DNA from: Allomuricauda sp.
GTDB lineage: Bacteria > Bacteroidota > Bacteroidia > Flavobacteriales > Flavobacteriaceae
Length of the DNA: 64,000 nt
Direction: 5' to 3'
NCBI GenBank assembly: GCA_002699205.1
Contig: PABT01000040.1
Span: 139,774-203,773 of the forward strand
Shown: piece by piece, positions 55,526 through 64,000 of the stretch
Layout: the number at the start of each line of letters is the position of its first letter
How positions within the stretch are numbered: position 1 is the first letter of the stretch
Program-made: the position numbers and the translations under genes
Notes under the pieces: generated by a model
What the model saw: only the letters and a program-made list of their open reading frames with translations
What the model was told of the DNA's origin: nothing
The model's database searches: none

Positions 55526-57385
55526 ATGAAAAAATACAGTTTACAAAGTGCTATCATCGCCCTGACCTTACTATTGGGTAGTTGTGGAGACAGGGCACAA
55601 AAGGCAACGGAAAAAGTGGAAGAGCCAGGGAGGGCCCCCAATGTGCTGATCGTGGTCACCGATGACCAGGGGTATGGGGATTTTGGTTTTACGGGAAACC
55701 CCGCGATCAAGACCCCCACGATAGACAAACTCAGTAAGGAGGGAACGCTGTTGAACAATTTCCATGTGGATCCCACATGCGCGCCAACCCGTGCGGCCCT
55801 GATGACGGGGCGTTATTCTGACCGGGTCGGTGTTTGGCACACCGTTCAAGGACGTAACATGTTGCGCAGGCGCGAAACCACTATGGCAGATGTATTCGGC
55901 GCCAATGGTTATGCCACAGGGCTATTTGGTAAATGGCACCTTGGGGATTGTTACCCCTACCGACCTGAAGACCGAGGTTTCCAGTACAGTGTTTACCATA
56001 AGGCCGGGGGCGTGGGCCAGGCCCCGGATTATTGGGGGAACGATTATTTTGATGACACGTACATCGTCAATGGCAAGCACCAGCGTTTTGAAGGTTATTG
56101 CACCGATATTTGGTTCAACGAAGGGATGAAGTTTATCAAGAAAAACAAGGATAATCCATTTTTTGCCTATATCTCGCTCAATGCTCCGCATAAACCCCTT
56201 TACTGCCCCGAAGAATATGTCAAGCCCTATGTGAATGACCCCAGGGTATCTTTTCCGGAATTTTATGGTATGATAACCAATATCGATGATAATATGGCAC
56301 GTCTGTTGAAAATGTTGGATGACGAGGGCATTGCGGACAACACTATACTCATCTTTATGACGGACAATGGTACCGCAAGCGGGATCGTTGACGGTAGGGG
56401 CTACGATGGTGGCATGCGCGGGATGAAAAATTCGGAATATGAGGGAGGACACCGTGTGCCCTTCATTATCCGTTGGCCAAATGGAAAAATAGCGGAGGGA
56501 AAATCGATTGAGGAGCTCACCGCACATATTGATATTCTCCCTACGCTCATTGATCTATGTGGGCTCGATGCACCTGAAATCGAATACGATGGCACCAGCA
56601 TTAGGGAACTTCTATATTCAGAAAACCCAGATTGGCCCAAGCGTTCCTTGGTGGTAGAGTCGCAAAGGGTGGTAGACCCCATCAAATGGCGTAAAAGTGC
56701 AGTGATGTACGATCGCTGGCGTTTGGTCAATGGGAAAGAACTGTACCAACTGGACCAAGACCCCAAACAGACTACGGACGTTGCAGAGGTAAATCCAGAG
56801 GTGTTTAAACAGTTACAAGGGGAATACAATACATTTTGGGACGATGTCTCACAAGAACACGACCTGACCAGCTATATGGTCATCGGGTCCGATCGTTCGC
56901 CTATTGTCTCTCTTTCCTCACATGATTGGTTGATCGATAGACTTCCACCATGGAACCAAGGACATATCATCAACGGAGAGGTGGCCGAAGAATCCTTTTG
57001 GGCCATTGAAGTGGAGCATGACGGCGAATATGAAATTTCACTTAGGCGCTGGCCGGTTGAAGCGGACAAGGGAATCAATGACGGTACTTATGGCAAGGCT
57101 TTCAATTACCAGCAGGCCCGTATGCGAATCGGGGATTTTGATGAAACCGTTGACATTCCCGAAGGAGCCAAGGAGGTTACCTTTAGGGTGAACCTGAAAA
57201 AGGGCGTCACCAAACTGGCCCCTTTGTTCATCGGTCCGGATTTGACCGCCACCCCTTATTATGCCTATGTTACACATAAACCCAAACCGGGTTGGCAAAC
57301 ACCCGAGGGAATGGGGATTCCAGTGTACGATCCATCTTATGGAAGAGTGCCGCCCCAGAAAAAACAAATAAATATTTCCGAGTAA
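55526..57385 (+). CDS. Cys-type S1 sulfatase lipoprotein (S1_17-like) with C-terminal extra domain
   Basis: Lipobox LGSC; [32 protein letters not shown]. Confidence 0.93.
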   Translation: MKKYSLQSAIIALTLLLGSCGDRAQKATEKVEEPGRAPNVLIVVTDDQGYGDFGFTGNPAIKTPTIDKLSKEGTLLNNFHVDPTCAPTRAALMTGRYSDRVGVWHTVQGRNMLRRRETTMADVFGANGYATGLFGKWHLGDCYPYRPEDRGFQYSVYHKAGGVGQAPDYWGNDYFDDTYIVNGKHQRFEGYCTDIWFNEGMKFIKKNKDNPFFAYISLNAPHKPLYCPEEYVKPYVNDPRVSFPEFYGMITNIDDNMARLLKMLDDEGIADNTILIFMTDNGTASGIVDGRGYDGGMRGMKNSEYEGGHRVPFIIRWPNGKIAEGKSIEELTAHIDILPTLIDLCGLDAPEIEYDGTSIRELLYSENPDWPKRSLVVESQRVVDPIKWRKSAVMYDRWRLVNGKELYQLDQDPKQTTDVAEVNPEVFKQLQGEYNTFWDDVSQEHDLTSYMVIGSDRSPIVSLSSHDWLIDRLPPWNQGHIINGEVAEESFWAIEVEHDGEYEISLRRWPVEADKGINDGTYGKAFNYQQARMRIGDFDETVDIPEGAKEVTFRVNLKKGVTKLAPLFIGPDLTATPYYAYVTHKPKPGWQTPEGMGIPVYDPSYGRVPPQKKQINISE

Positions 57386-57395
57386 TTAAGAACGG

Positions 57396-59252
57396 ATGCA
57401 AGACATTTTGACAAAAATTGTAATCGCTGTGGTTGCTGCGATTGGATTACTCCATTCCTGTGAACCCCATTCGAACTTGGTTGTCCAGGACGCTAGCTTT
57501 TGGGTGGTTCTTGAAGCTGAAGAGGCAAAAGAAACAGGGAATGAATTGTTTTGGGAGTTTCAACTAAACAGACCAGGGATCTATAACATCCAAATTTTAA
57601 GGGATGGGGAGCAGGTTGCTCCTTTGCCCAAGGTTTCCCTGTCCAGTGCTGGCGTTAGCATGGAAGAAGAACCTCCAAACATTTTTGTAATTCAAGAAGC
57701 AGGGGAACAAAAAACGGTTTCACAGTTTAACAAAACCATACAATATGATACTGCCGGATTGCACAACTTGGTTCTAAAAGTGGATGTTCCAATTGATAAG
57801 GTTCGCATTACTCCTCTCTATAGCAAGAATCTTGGTTTTGGGACTGATACGTATTATGGGGAATGGTTGCAAATGCACCAATCCCCGGAGAAACAAGCAG
57901 CCTTGGAATGGTTTAAAGATGCTAAATATGGCATGTTCATCCATTGGGGGCTGTATTCCCAAGCCGGGGGCATTTGGAAGGGGGAGCGAATGGAAGATTC
58001 GAAAAACCCCGGCCCCAACGTTTCGGAATGGTTGATGCATAAATTTCAGATACCTAGAAAGGAGTATGCCGAAATGGCCAAAACCTTTGACCCGGATAAC
58101 ACTTTTGCCAAAAATATCGCCAAACTGGCGAAAGATGCCGGGATGAAATATGTGGTCATTACCACGAAGCACCATGACGGATTTGCTTTGTTTGATTCAA
58201 AATGTTCGGAGTATGATATGGTGGATGCCACGCCGTATAAGGCAGATGCCGTAAAGGAATTATATGAAGCCTGTTTGGCGGAAGGTTTGGCTTTTGGGGT
58301 ATATTACTCACATGGTAATGATTGGTACGACGGTACAGATGGCAATTACGCAAATGTTAAAAAGCGCAATGATTCTCTGGGGATTCTGACCCATGCCAGT
58401 GGGAAAAACCTTTGGGATCCCAGTCCGAACACACACGCTGGGTACATAGAGAACAAAGCATTGCCACAAGTTCAAGAGCTCCTGGATTTGCTCCCAAAGT
58501 TGCGCTTGTTCTGGTTTGATGGAGATGGTTTTATAACCGAAGCCCAAGCTTTTAAGTTCTATAAGCTCGTCTACGAAAACAATCCAAGTATTTTGGTAAA
58601 TCGTAGGGTTGGTTTTGATTTTGGGGATTATTTGGACGCAGGAGACAATAAAATCCCAGCTGTATCCGATCAATTGACCAAGTATTTCGAAACATGTGGG
58701 ACAACCAACAATTCTTGGGCATACAAATCTTATGACAATGATTGGAAAAGCACCAAAGAACTCCTTTATTACCTTGTTGACATAGCTTCCAAAGGGGGTA
58801 ATTACTTGTTGAATATTGGACCGGATGGTAAAGGAAATGTGCCGGAACAAAGTCAAATACGACTTAGGGCAATTGGAGAATGGTTGGATGTATATGGTGA
58901 TGCGATCTATGGGACTACCCGATGGAAGATCACAAAAGAAGGTGGGGATGAAACCTTACTGGGAGGAACGGAGCATAGGGCCAAGAAAGGCTTCTCCCGT
59001 ACTTTTTCATCGAATGATTTTTGGTTTACTACGAAAGGAAACAAGGTATATGTCATTTCCTTGGTAAATCCGGATAAATCCATCAATATAAAATCTTTAA
59101 ACGTTGACCAGGGGGAAGTTCAGGATGTGAGGTTGCTTGGCAATACCGTTGATCTTCAATGGGCGCAAAGTAACACTGGGTTAACGGTGGATTTGACAGG
59201 AATTTCTGTGAACGATAACGGATATGCCCTTGAAATAACTTTAAAAAAATAA
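57396..59252 (+). CDS. GH29 alpha-L-fucosidase lipoprotein with N-terminal CBM-like domain
   Basis: Lipobox LHSC; about 150-aa N-terminal beta domain; [27 protein letters not shown]. Confidence 0.92.
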   Translation: MQDILTKIVIAVVAAIGLLHSCEPHSNLVVQDASFWVVLEAEEAKETGNELFWEFQLNRPGIYNIQILRDGEQVAPLPKVSLSSAGVSMEEEPPNIFVIQEAGEQKTVSQFNKTIQYDTAGLHNLVLKVDVPIDKVRITPLYSKNLGFGTDTYYGEWLQMHQSPEKQAALEWFKDAKYGMFIHWGLYSQAGGIWKGERMEDSKNPGPNVSEWLMHKFQIPRKEYAEMAKTFDPDNTFAKNIAKLAKDAGMKYVVITTKHHDGFALFDSKCSEYDMVDATPYKADAVKELYEACLAEGLAFGVYYSHGNDWYDGTDGNYANVKKRNDSLGILTHASGKNLWDPSPNTHAGYIENKALPQVQELLDLLPKLRLFWFDGDGFITEAQAFKFYKLVYENNPSILVNRRVGFDFGDYLDAGDNKIPAVSDQLTKYFETCGTTNNSWAYKSYDNDWKSTKELLYYLVDIASKGGNYLLNIGPDGKGNVPEQSQIRLRAIGEWLDVYGDAIYGTTRWKITKEGGDETLLGGTEHRAKKGFSRTFSSNDFWFTTKGNKVYVISLVNPDKSINIKSLNVDQGEVQDVRLLGNTVDLQWAQSNTGLTVDLTGISVNDNGYALEITLKK

Positions 59253-59253
59253 C

Positions 59254-60696
59254 ATGAAAAACTCACTTATTTACTTCTTGATTTTTATGTCCGTTTTTGC
59301 CCATGCGCAAGAAGGGCAAAAGGGAAACAAGCCAGAAAAGAAGAAAAGGGATATAAGTTTCGAGTATCGTTTTCCTGAAGACTTAAAACAGACTCCAGAT
59401 TCGGAACGGCGATTGGATCAATGGTTCCGAGATGCCAAATTTGGCGCCTTTATCCATTTCGGGGTTTATTCCACCTTGGAAGGGGAGTACAAAGGACGTG
59501 GGTCTGACTTTCGCTATAGTGAATGGATTCAAGTTTCTGCAAAGATTCCTGCCAATGAATATCATGGGATAGCCGCACAATTTAACCCCGTTGATTTTGA
59601 TGCCGAAGCTTGGGTCAAAGTTTTTAAGGATGCAGGGATGCGTTATGTGGTCATCACTTCTAAACACCATGATGGATTTGCCTTGTTTAAGTCTGAGGTA
59701 AGTAATTACAATATAGTTGATTATACCCCTTTTAAGCGTGATATCATTAAAGAATTGAGTGAAGCCTGTCATAAAAATGGATTGAAGTTTGGGGTCTATT
59801 ATTCCCAGGCCCAGGATTGGGATGAGCCCAATGCTCCCTTTTTGAACAAAAAAGCATCCGCGTTTGACCTTCACCCAGAGTTGCCCGAGGACTTTGAACC
59901 GGATATGGATAGTTATATTATGGGGAAATCCCTTCCTCAGGTAGAGGAACTGGTTAAAAATTATGAAATTGATTTGTTGTGGTTTGATACTCCGGTTGGA
60001 ATGACCTATGAACGGGCCAAATTGTTTTCGGACATGGTTCGGAAATACCGCCCCAATTGCGTAATCAATTCACGAATCATCCATAATGGAAAATCAAGAA
60101 TCGAAGCTAAAAATTTACCTTTATTTGACTATGTGTCCATTGGAGATAAGGAAGTGCCCACAAAAAAGCTTCCCCTTTATGTTGAATCCCCTGATTGTGT
60201 TAGCTCATCCTTTGGCTACAAAACACATGGCAAGGTATATTATCACGATGTTAAAGAGTTGATCCATCGTATGGTGAGTACAGTATGTGTTGGTGGAAAT
60301 TATTTGTTGAACAACGGACCAATGGGTAACGGAAGATTGGATCCGGAAGCCGTTCGTTTGTATGGGGAAATCGGCCAGTGGATGAAATTGAACAGTGAAT
60401 CTATTCTGGATACACGTCCCAATCCTTTTCCATATAAACCCGAATGGGGAGGCATTAGTATGAACAAGGATGGATCAATATTATACCTTCATGTTCTTAA
60501 TATGCCAGAATCAGGGACTATTTCGCTAAAGGGATTACCTGTGACCGTGACTTCGGCAAAATATCTTTCCAATGATAGTATGGTAAACTTTGTGCAAGAC
60601 GGGGATCATGTTCGTTTCACAGAACTTCAACATACAATTGATCCCATTGATGTTGTGGTCAAGGTTGTGTTGAAGACCCCCTGGTTTAAAGATTAA
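59254..60696 (+). CDS. GH29 alpha-L-fucosidase
   Basis: DAKFGAFIHFG, SEW, TSKHHDGF, LWFDT, YLLN. Confidence 0.93.
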   Translation: MKNSLIYFLIFMSVFAHAQEGQKGNKPEKKKRDISFEYRFPEDLKQTPDSERRLDQWFRDAKFGAFIHFGVYSTLEGEYKGRGSDFRYSEWIQVSAKIPANEYHGIAAQFNPVDFDAEAWVKVFKDAGMRYVVITSKHHDGFALFKSEVSNYNIVDYTPFKRDIIKELSEACHKNGLKFGVYYSQAQDWDEPNAPFLNKKASAFDLHPELPEDFEPDMDSYIMGKSLPQVEELVKNYEIDLLWFDTPVGMTYERAKLFSDMVRKYRPNCVINSRIIHNGKSRIEAKNLPLFDYVSIGDKEVPTKKLPLYVESPDCVSSSFGYKTHGKVYYHDVKELIHRMVSTVCVGGNYLLNNGPMGNGRLDPEAVRLYGEIGQWMKLNSESILDTRPNPFPYKPEWGGISMNKDGSILYLHVLNMPESGTISLKGLPVTVTSAKYLSNDSMVNFVQDGDHVRFTELQHTIDPIDVVVKVVLKTPWFKD

Positions 60697-60822
60697 AAGA
60701 CATAGGTAATCCTATTCAAAATAAATCGGGAAACAATTGTATTATTTATTGGGCCTGTAGTGGTAAAACAAAGAACCATTGGTGGATAATAAATAACTTC
60801 TTTCTTAATTCGGAGTACAACG

Positions 60823-60932
60823 GTTCCTGTCCCTTAGATTCAAAAAACGTATTCTTTGCACTTTTCCGGTCTATTTGTTCGCCGACCATTAAGGAAAACA
60901 AAAAACATAAGCTTCATCTTAGGGACAGGCAC
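60823..60932. repeat. Imperfect 17-bp inverted repeat enclosing 76 bp
   Basis: GTTCCTGTCCCTTAGAT (60823-60839) / ATCTTAGGGACAGGCAC (60916-60932), 2 mismatches. Confidence 0.55.
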
Positions 60933-61281
60933 TCGATTGTAGTCAGGAAATATCTACACCAAAAACCATACTGGAAGGAGTAATGGGAACCATTCATAAG
61001 TAGATAATTTTAATTGGAAATAAACGGCACTTGCTGTTATAGTGACACAGGATGGAGGCGTAGTTGTTGCTCCAGGGTTTAATGCATTTGTAATTGGGTG
61101 ATTAATCTAAAATGAAAGAAAAACAACCTTTTAGGAACAACTTTTTTTCACCTTACTGTTTTCAATTCAATAGCGTCAATTCCGTATGGACTCTGTTTAA
61201 AAAATGCGGCGAAATATAAATTGTACAAATATTGACGCCCATTTTTGTTGCTTTATCGTTTATTCGGTCATGTTTTTGGCA

Positions 61282-61352
61282 TTTTGATGGAAATAAGCAA
61301 AAGAAAGATGGATGAGAGAAATATGAACGAATATCAGGTGGGTAGGTTTGTT
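61282..61352 (+). promoter_or_regulatory. HTCS-type PUL promoter, copy 3 (susC)
   Basis: 39-bp motif, 22 nt, then TAGGTTTGTT at 61343. Confidence 0.8.
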
Positions 61353-61518
61353 CAACGCTGCAATGATGGCCGTAACGATTGTTGTGCTCATTGGCAAGAT
61401 AATTCAATAATCAATTTCAAAATAGTTCATATGATAAAATGAAAAAGTATAAAAATCAACAATAAAAATGACTGACAACTTATGTGCACTAAACTAAATA
61501 CTAATGCAAACTAAAATT

Positions 61519-64000
61519 ATGAAACAAATATTAAGTGTTTTTTTGATGTTTTTATCGGTTTCGGTCCTTGCCCAACAGAGGAATGTAACAGGTACCGTAA
61601 CAGATGAAATGGGCGTTCCTTTGGCAGGAGCGACCTTAGTGGTCAAGGGGACCACGAATGGGACTATGACCGATTTTGACGGTAATTATTCTTTAACAGC
61701 CAATATTGGTGATGTTATTTCCTTTTCATTCGTTGGAATGGAATCCAAGGAAGTTGTGGTTGAATCGGACATCTTGAATGTAACCTTGAATACCTCGCAA
61801 CAGCAACTGGATGAAGTTGTGGTAATTGGTTACGGAACGGCCAAAAAAAGTGATTTGACAGGTGCGGTGGCTACCGTGGATGCCCAAGAGGCCTATGTAG
61901 CACCAACTGCAAGTTTGGATAATGGCCTTCAAGGAAGGGCATCAGGAGTTCAGGTAACTACCGCGAATGGCGAACCTGGCAGTTCTGCAACCATTAGAAT
62001 ACGTGGAGGAAACTCCATAACCGCAGGAAACGAACCTCTTTATGTAATAGATGGATTTGTGGGCGCTGGGGATCTTTCTACATTGAATCCCAATGATATA
62101 GAATCCATTCAGATTTTGAAGGACGCGTCCTCAACTGCTATCTATGGTGCCAGGGGTACTAATGGTGTTGTATTGATTACCACCAAAAAAGGTCGGGTCG
62201 GTAAGATGCAAGTGAATTTTAAAGCTTCTTCCGGGATGCAGAAATTACCAAGTAAGATAGACGTGCAAACAGGACGCGAATTTGCTGAATTTATTAATAA
62301 TGCAGATCCCGATCCAAGTGATGGTTTACCCTTTGACTTGAACAACCTTCCAGGAGAAGAAACAGATTGGCAGGATGAAATGATTCAGACGGCCCCAATG
62401 TCCGATTATCAATTATCGGTGCGTGGAGGTTCGGAAGCGGCTACCTATTTTGCTTCAATGGGATACCTTGATCAGGAAGGTATTGTAAAAGGAACAGGTT
62501 TTGAACGAATCAGTTTGCGTACAAACGTGGATTTTCAGATTTCGAAAGTTTTTAAAGCAGGAGTGAACCTATCACTTTCAAAAACGAAAAGCGACAACAA
62601 CAGTGTGGATTTTATCGATTTGATACGACAAGATCCCAGAAAGCCGGTTTATGATAGTGAAGGGAACTATACTTTGGACAATGTTCCTTTTCTGACAACC
62701 AATTCAGCAACGCACCCATTGGCACAGAATACCTTGAACGAGAACCAAACCCGTAGACATAGAGCATTGATAAATACTTATGTACAGGCCCAGTTTGGTG
62801 GTTTTACCGTGAAATCAACTTTTGGAGGTGATTTCCTTTTTAGTAAACAACATCAGTTTTCACCTTCTTCTTACCCAACCAACATTGTAAACGGGCGACT
62901 CGCATCTGCTAATATCAATCGTTTTGATGATGTTGATTTGCTCAATGAAAATACCATTAACTATACCAACACATTTGGGGACCATACAATTAGCGCTTTG
63001 GGAGGTGTTACGATACAGTCCCAGAATCGAGAAACCTTAATTGTCAATGCAAATGAAATACCGAGTGACGGGGTAGGGGTCAATGCCGTGGAATTGGCTC
63101 CGTTGGAGGAAACTTCCATGAACTCTGACTACTCAGAGTTTTCCTTGTTCTCTTTGTTGGGAAGGGTTGATTACTCCTATAAGGATAAATATTTGATTAC
63201 TGGTACAATAAGAAGGGACGGATCTTCAAGGTTGGGTGAAAACAATAGATTTGCGATTTTTCCATCTGCGGCGGTGGCATGGAAAATATCGGAAGAGCCG
63301 TTTCTTCAAAATGTGGAGGCCATAAACCAGTTAAAGTTAAGAGCTAGTTATGGGGTGACAGGTAATCAGGGCATAGACCCGTTTAGTACACTGTCTACCT
63401 TCAATACGTTGAATACGGCCGTCATTTTAAATGGAGTACCGGTATCTGGCGTACAGCAGGGAAGTCTTTCAAACCCCAATTTGAAATGGGAAACCACGAC
63501 CCAATATGATGTGGCACTGGAATTTTCACTGTTCAACAATAGACTTTCTGGTGAAGTGGACTTCTACTCCAAGAAAACGGAAGACCTATTATTGGCCGCG
63601 GAAGTGCCATTCTTTACAGGTTTCACCACTACGATTCAGAATGTAGGGTCACTTGAAAACAAGGGTTTCGATGTAAACCTAAAGGGTGTTCTTGTCAACT
63701 CGGAAGATTTTGGTTTGACCACTTCGCTTAACATTTCAACCTATAAGAACAAGGTTCTGGATTTAGGGGACAAAACATTCATAGAGACCAATAGGCTGGC
63801 AGCACCCGCCAATGATGTGAACAGTCAATTAATGGTTGGTGAACCCGTGGGTATTTTTTGGGGGGCCGTATATGAGGGAATAGACCCAGCGACGGGAGAT
63901 GCTATTTTTGCCGATATCAGCGGACCAGATGGTGTGCCAGATGGTGTATATAGTCCTGAGTACGACAAAACCGTCATTGGTGATTCCAATCCTGATTTTT
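61519..64000 (+). CDS. susC: SusC/RagA TonB-dependent transporter, 3' end outside window
   Basis: Not in the ORF track (no stop). MKQILSVFLMFLSVSVLAQQRNVTGTVTDEMG...LDEVVVIGYG...LQGRASGV...IRIRG...PLYVIDG...SIQILKDASSTAIYGARGTNGVVLITTKKG. Confidence 0.97.
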   Translation, partial: MKQILSVFLMFLSVSVLAQQRNVTGTVTDEMGVPLAGATLVVKGTTNGTMTDFDGNYSLTANIGDVISFSFVGMESKEVVVESDILNVTLNTSQQQLDEVVVIGYGTAKKSDLTGAVATVDAQEAYVAPTASLDNGLQGRASGVQVTTANGEPGSSATIRIRGGNSITAGNEPLYVIDGFVGAGDLSTLNPNDIESIQILKDASSTAIYGARGTNGVVLITTKKGRVGKMQVNFKASSGMQKLPSKIDVQTGREFAEFINNADPDPSDGLPFDLNNLPGEETDWQDEMIQTAPMSDYQLSVRGGSEAATYFASMGYLDQEGIVKGTGFERISLRTNVDFQISKVFKAGVNLSLSKTKSDNNSVDFIDLIRQDPRKPVYDSEGNYTLDNVPFLTTNSATHPLAQNTLNENQTRRHRALINTYVQAQFGGFTVKSTFGGDFLFSKQHQFSPSSYPTNIVNGRLASANINRFDDVDLLNENTINYTNTFGDHTISALGGVTIQSQNRETLIVNANEIPSDGVGVNAVELAPLEETSMNSDYSEFSLFSLLGRVDYSYKDKYLITGTIRRDGSSRLGENNRFAIFPSAAVAWKISEEPFLQNVEAINQLKLRASYGVTGNQGIDPFSTLSTFNTLNTAVILNGVPVSGVQQGSLSNPNLKWETTTQYDVALEFSLFNNRLSGEVDFYSKKTEDLLLAAEVPFFTGFTTTIQNVGSLENKGFDVNLKGVLVNSEDFGLTTSLNISTYKNKVLDLGDKTFIETNRLAAPANDVNSQLMVGEPVGIFWGAVYEGIDPATGDAIFADISGPDGVPDGVYSPEYDKTVIGDSNPDF

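Noticed and set aside
55922-58856. Antisense ORFs of 201 and 182 aa
   Set aside because: Shadows of the sulfatase and GH29 genes
36651-60696. Any of the fucosidase-like genes being GH107 or GH168 endo-fucanases
   Set aside because: All five have the GH29 H(W/F)G, HHD and nucleophile-Asp motifs
61112-61442. Small ORFs upstream of susC
   Set aside because: No RBS-like context or motif, and the 65-aa ORF overlaps the conserved promoter

Overview
Bacteroidota DNA, most like a marine Flavobacteriaceae (Flagellimonas/Muricauda-like; inferred from gene content and TAnnTTTG promoters, not from a search). I found no rRNA, tRNA, CRISPR array, transposase or integrase. There are four blocks. (1) 1-4.6 kb: an AraC regulator divergent from two DUF1566 lipoproteins and an RND efflux adaptor, with a duplicated gene junction. 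(2) 4.9-21.5 kb, the best candidate for an undescribed system: a gas/NO-sensing phosphorelay (receiver, H-NOX, 3xPAS kinase, Hpt, LytTR regulator) adjoining a glycan assembly/export set (TPR-beta-barrel, STAS, flippase, GT4, GH5-like hydrolase, Ig-repeat lipoprotein, GT-C membrane enzyme, receiver-GT2 fusion). A shared 21-bp-period direct repeat in four promoters ties the two halves together. (3) 21.6-31.8 kb: accessory modules (EF-hand and DUF6515 proteins, 7TM LytS/LytTR pair, collagen-like lipoprotein, YeiE/YeiH, DUF2490-PepSY-two-component cassette). (4) 32-64 kb: a hybrid two-component regulator and a sulfated-fucan (fucoidan-type) utilisation locus with 5 GH29, 5 sulfatases, GH141-like, propeller, esterase and unknown proteins, and a SusC that runs off the window. 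Three promoters in this locus share the same spaced motif. Domain and family calls come from motif recognition by eye; no database was searched. Several starts were moved downstream of the ORF track to the more plausible ATG.
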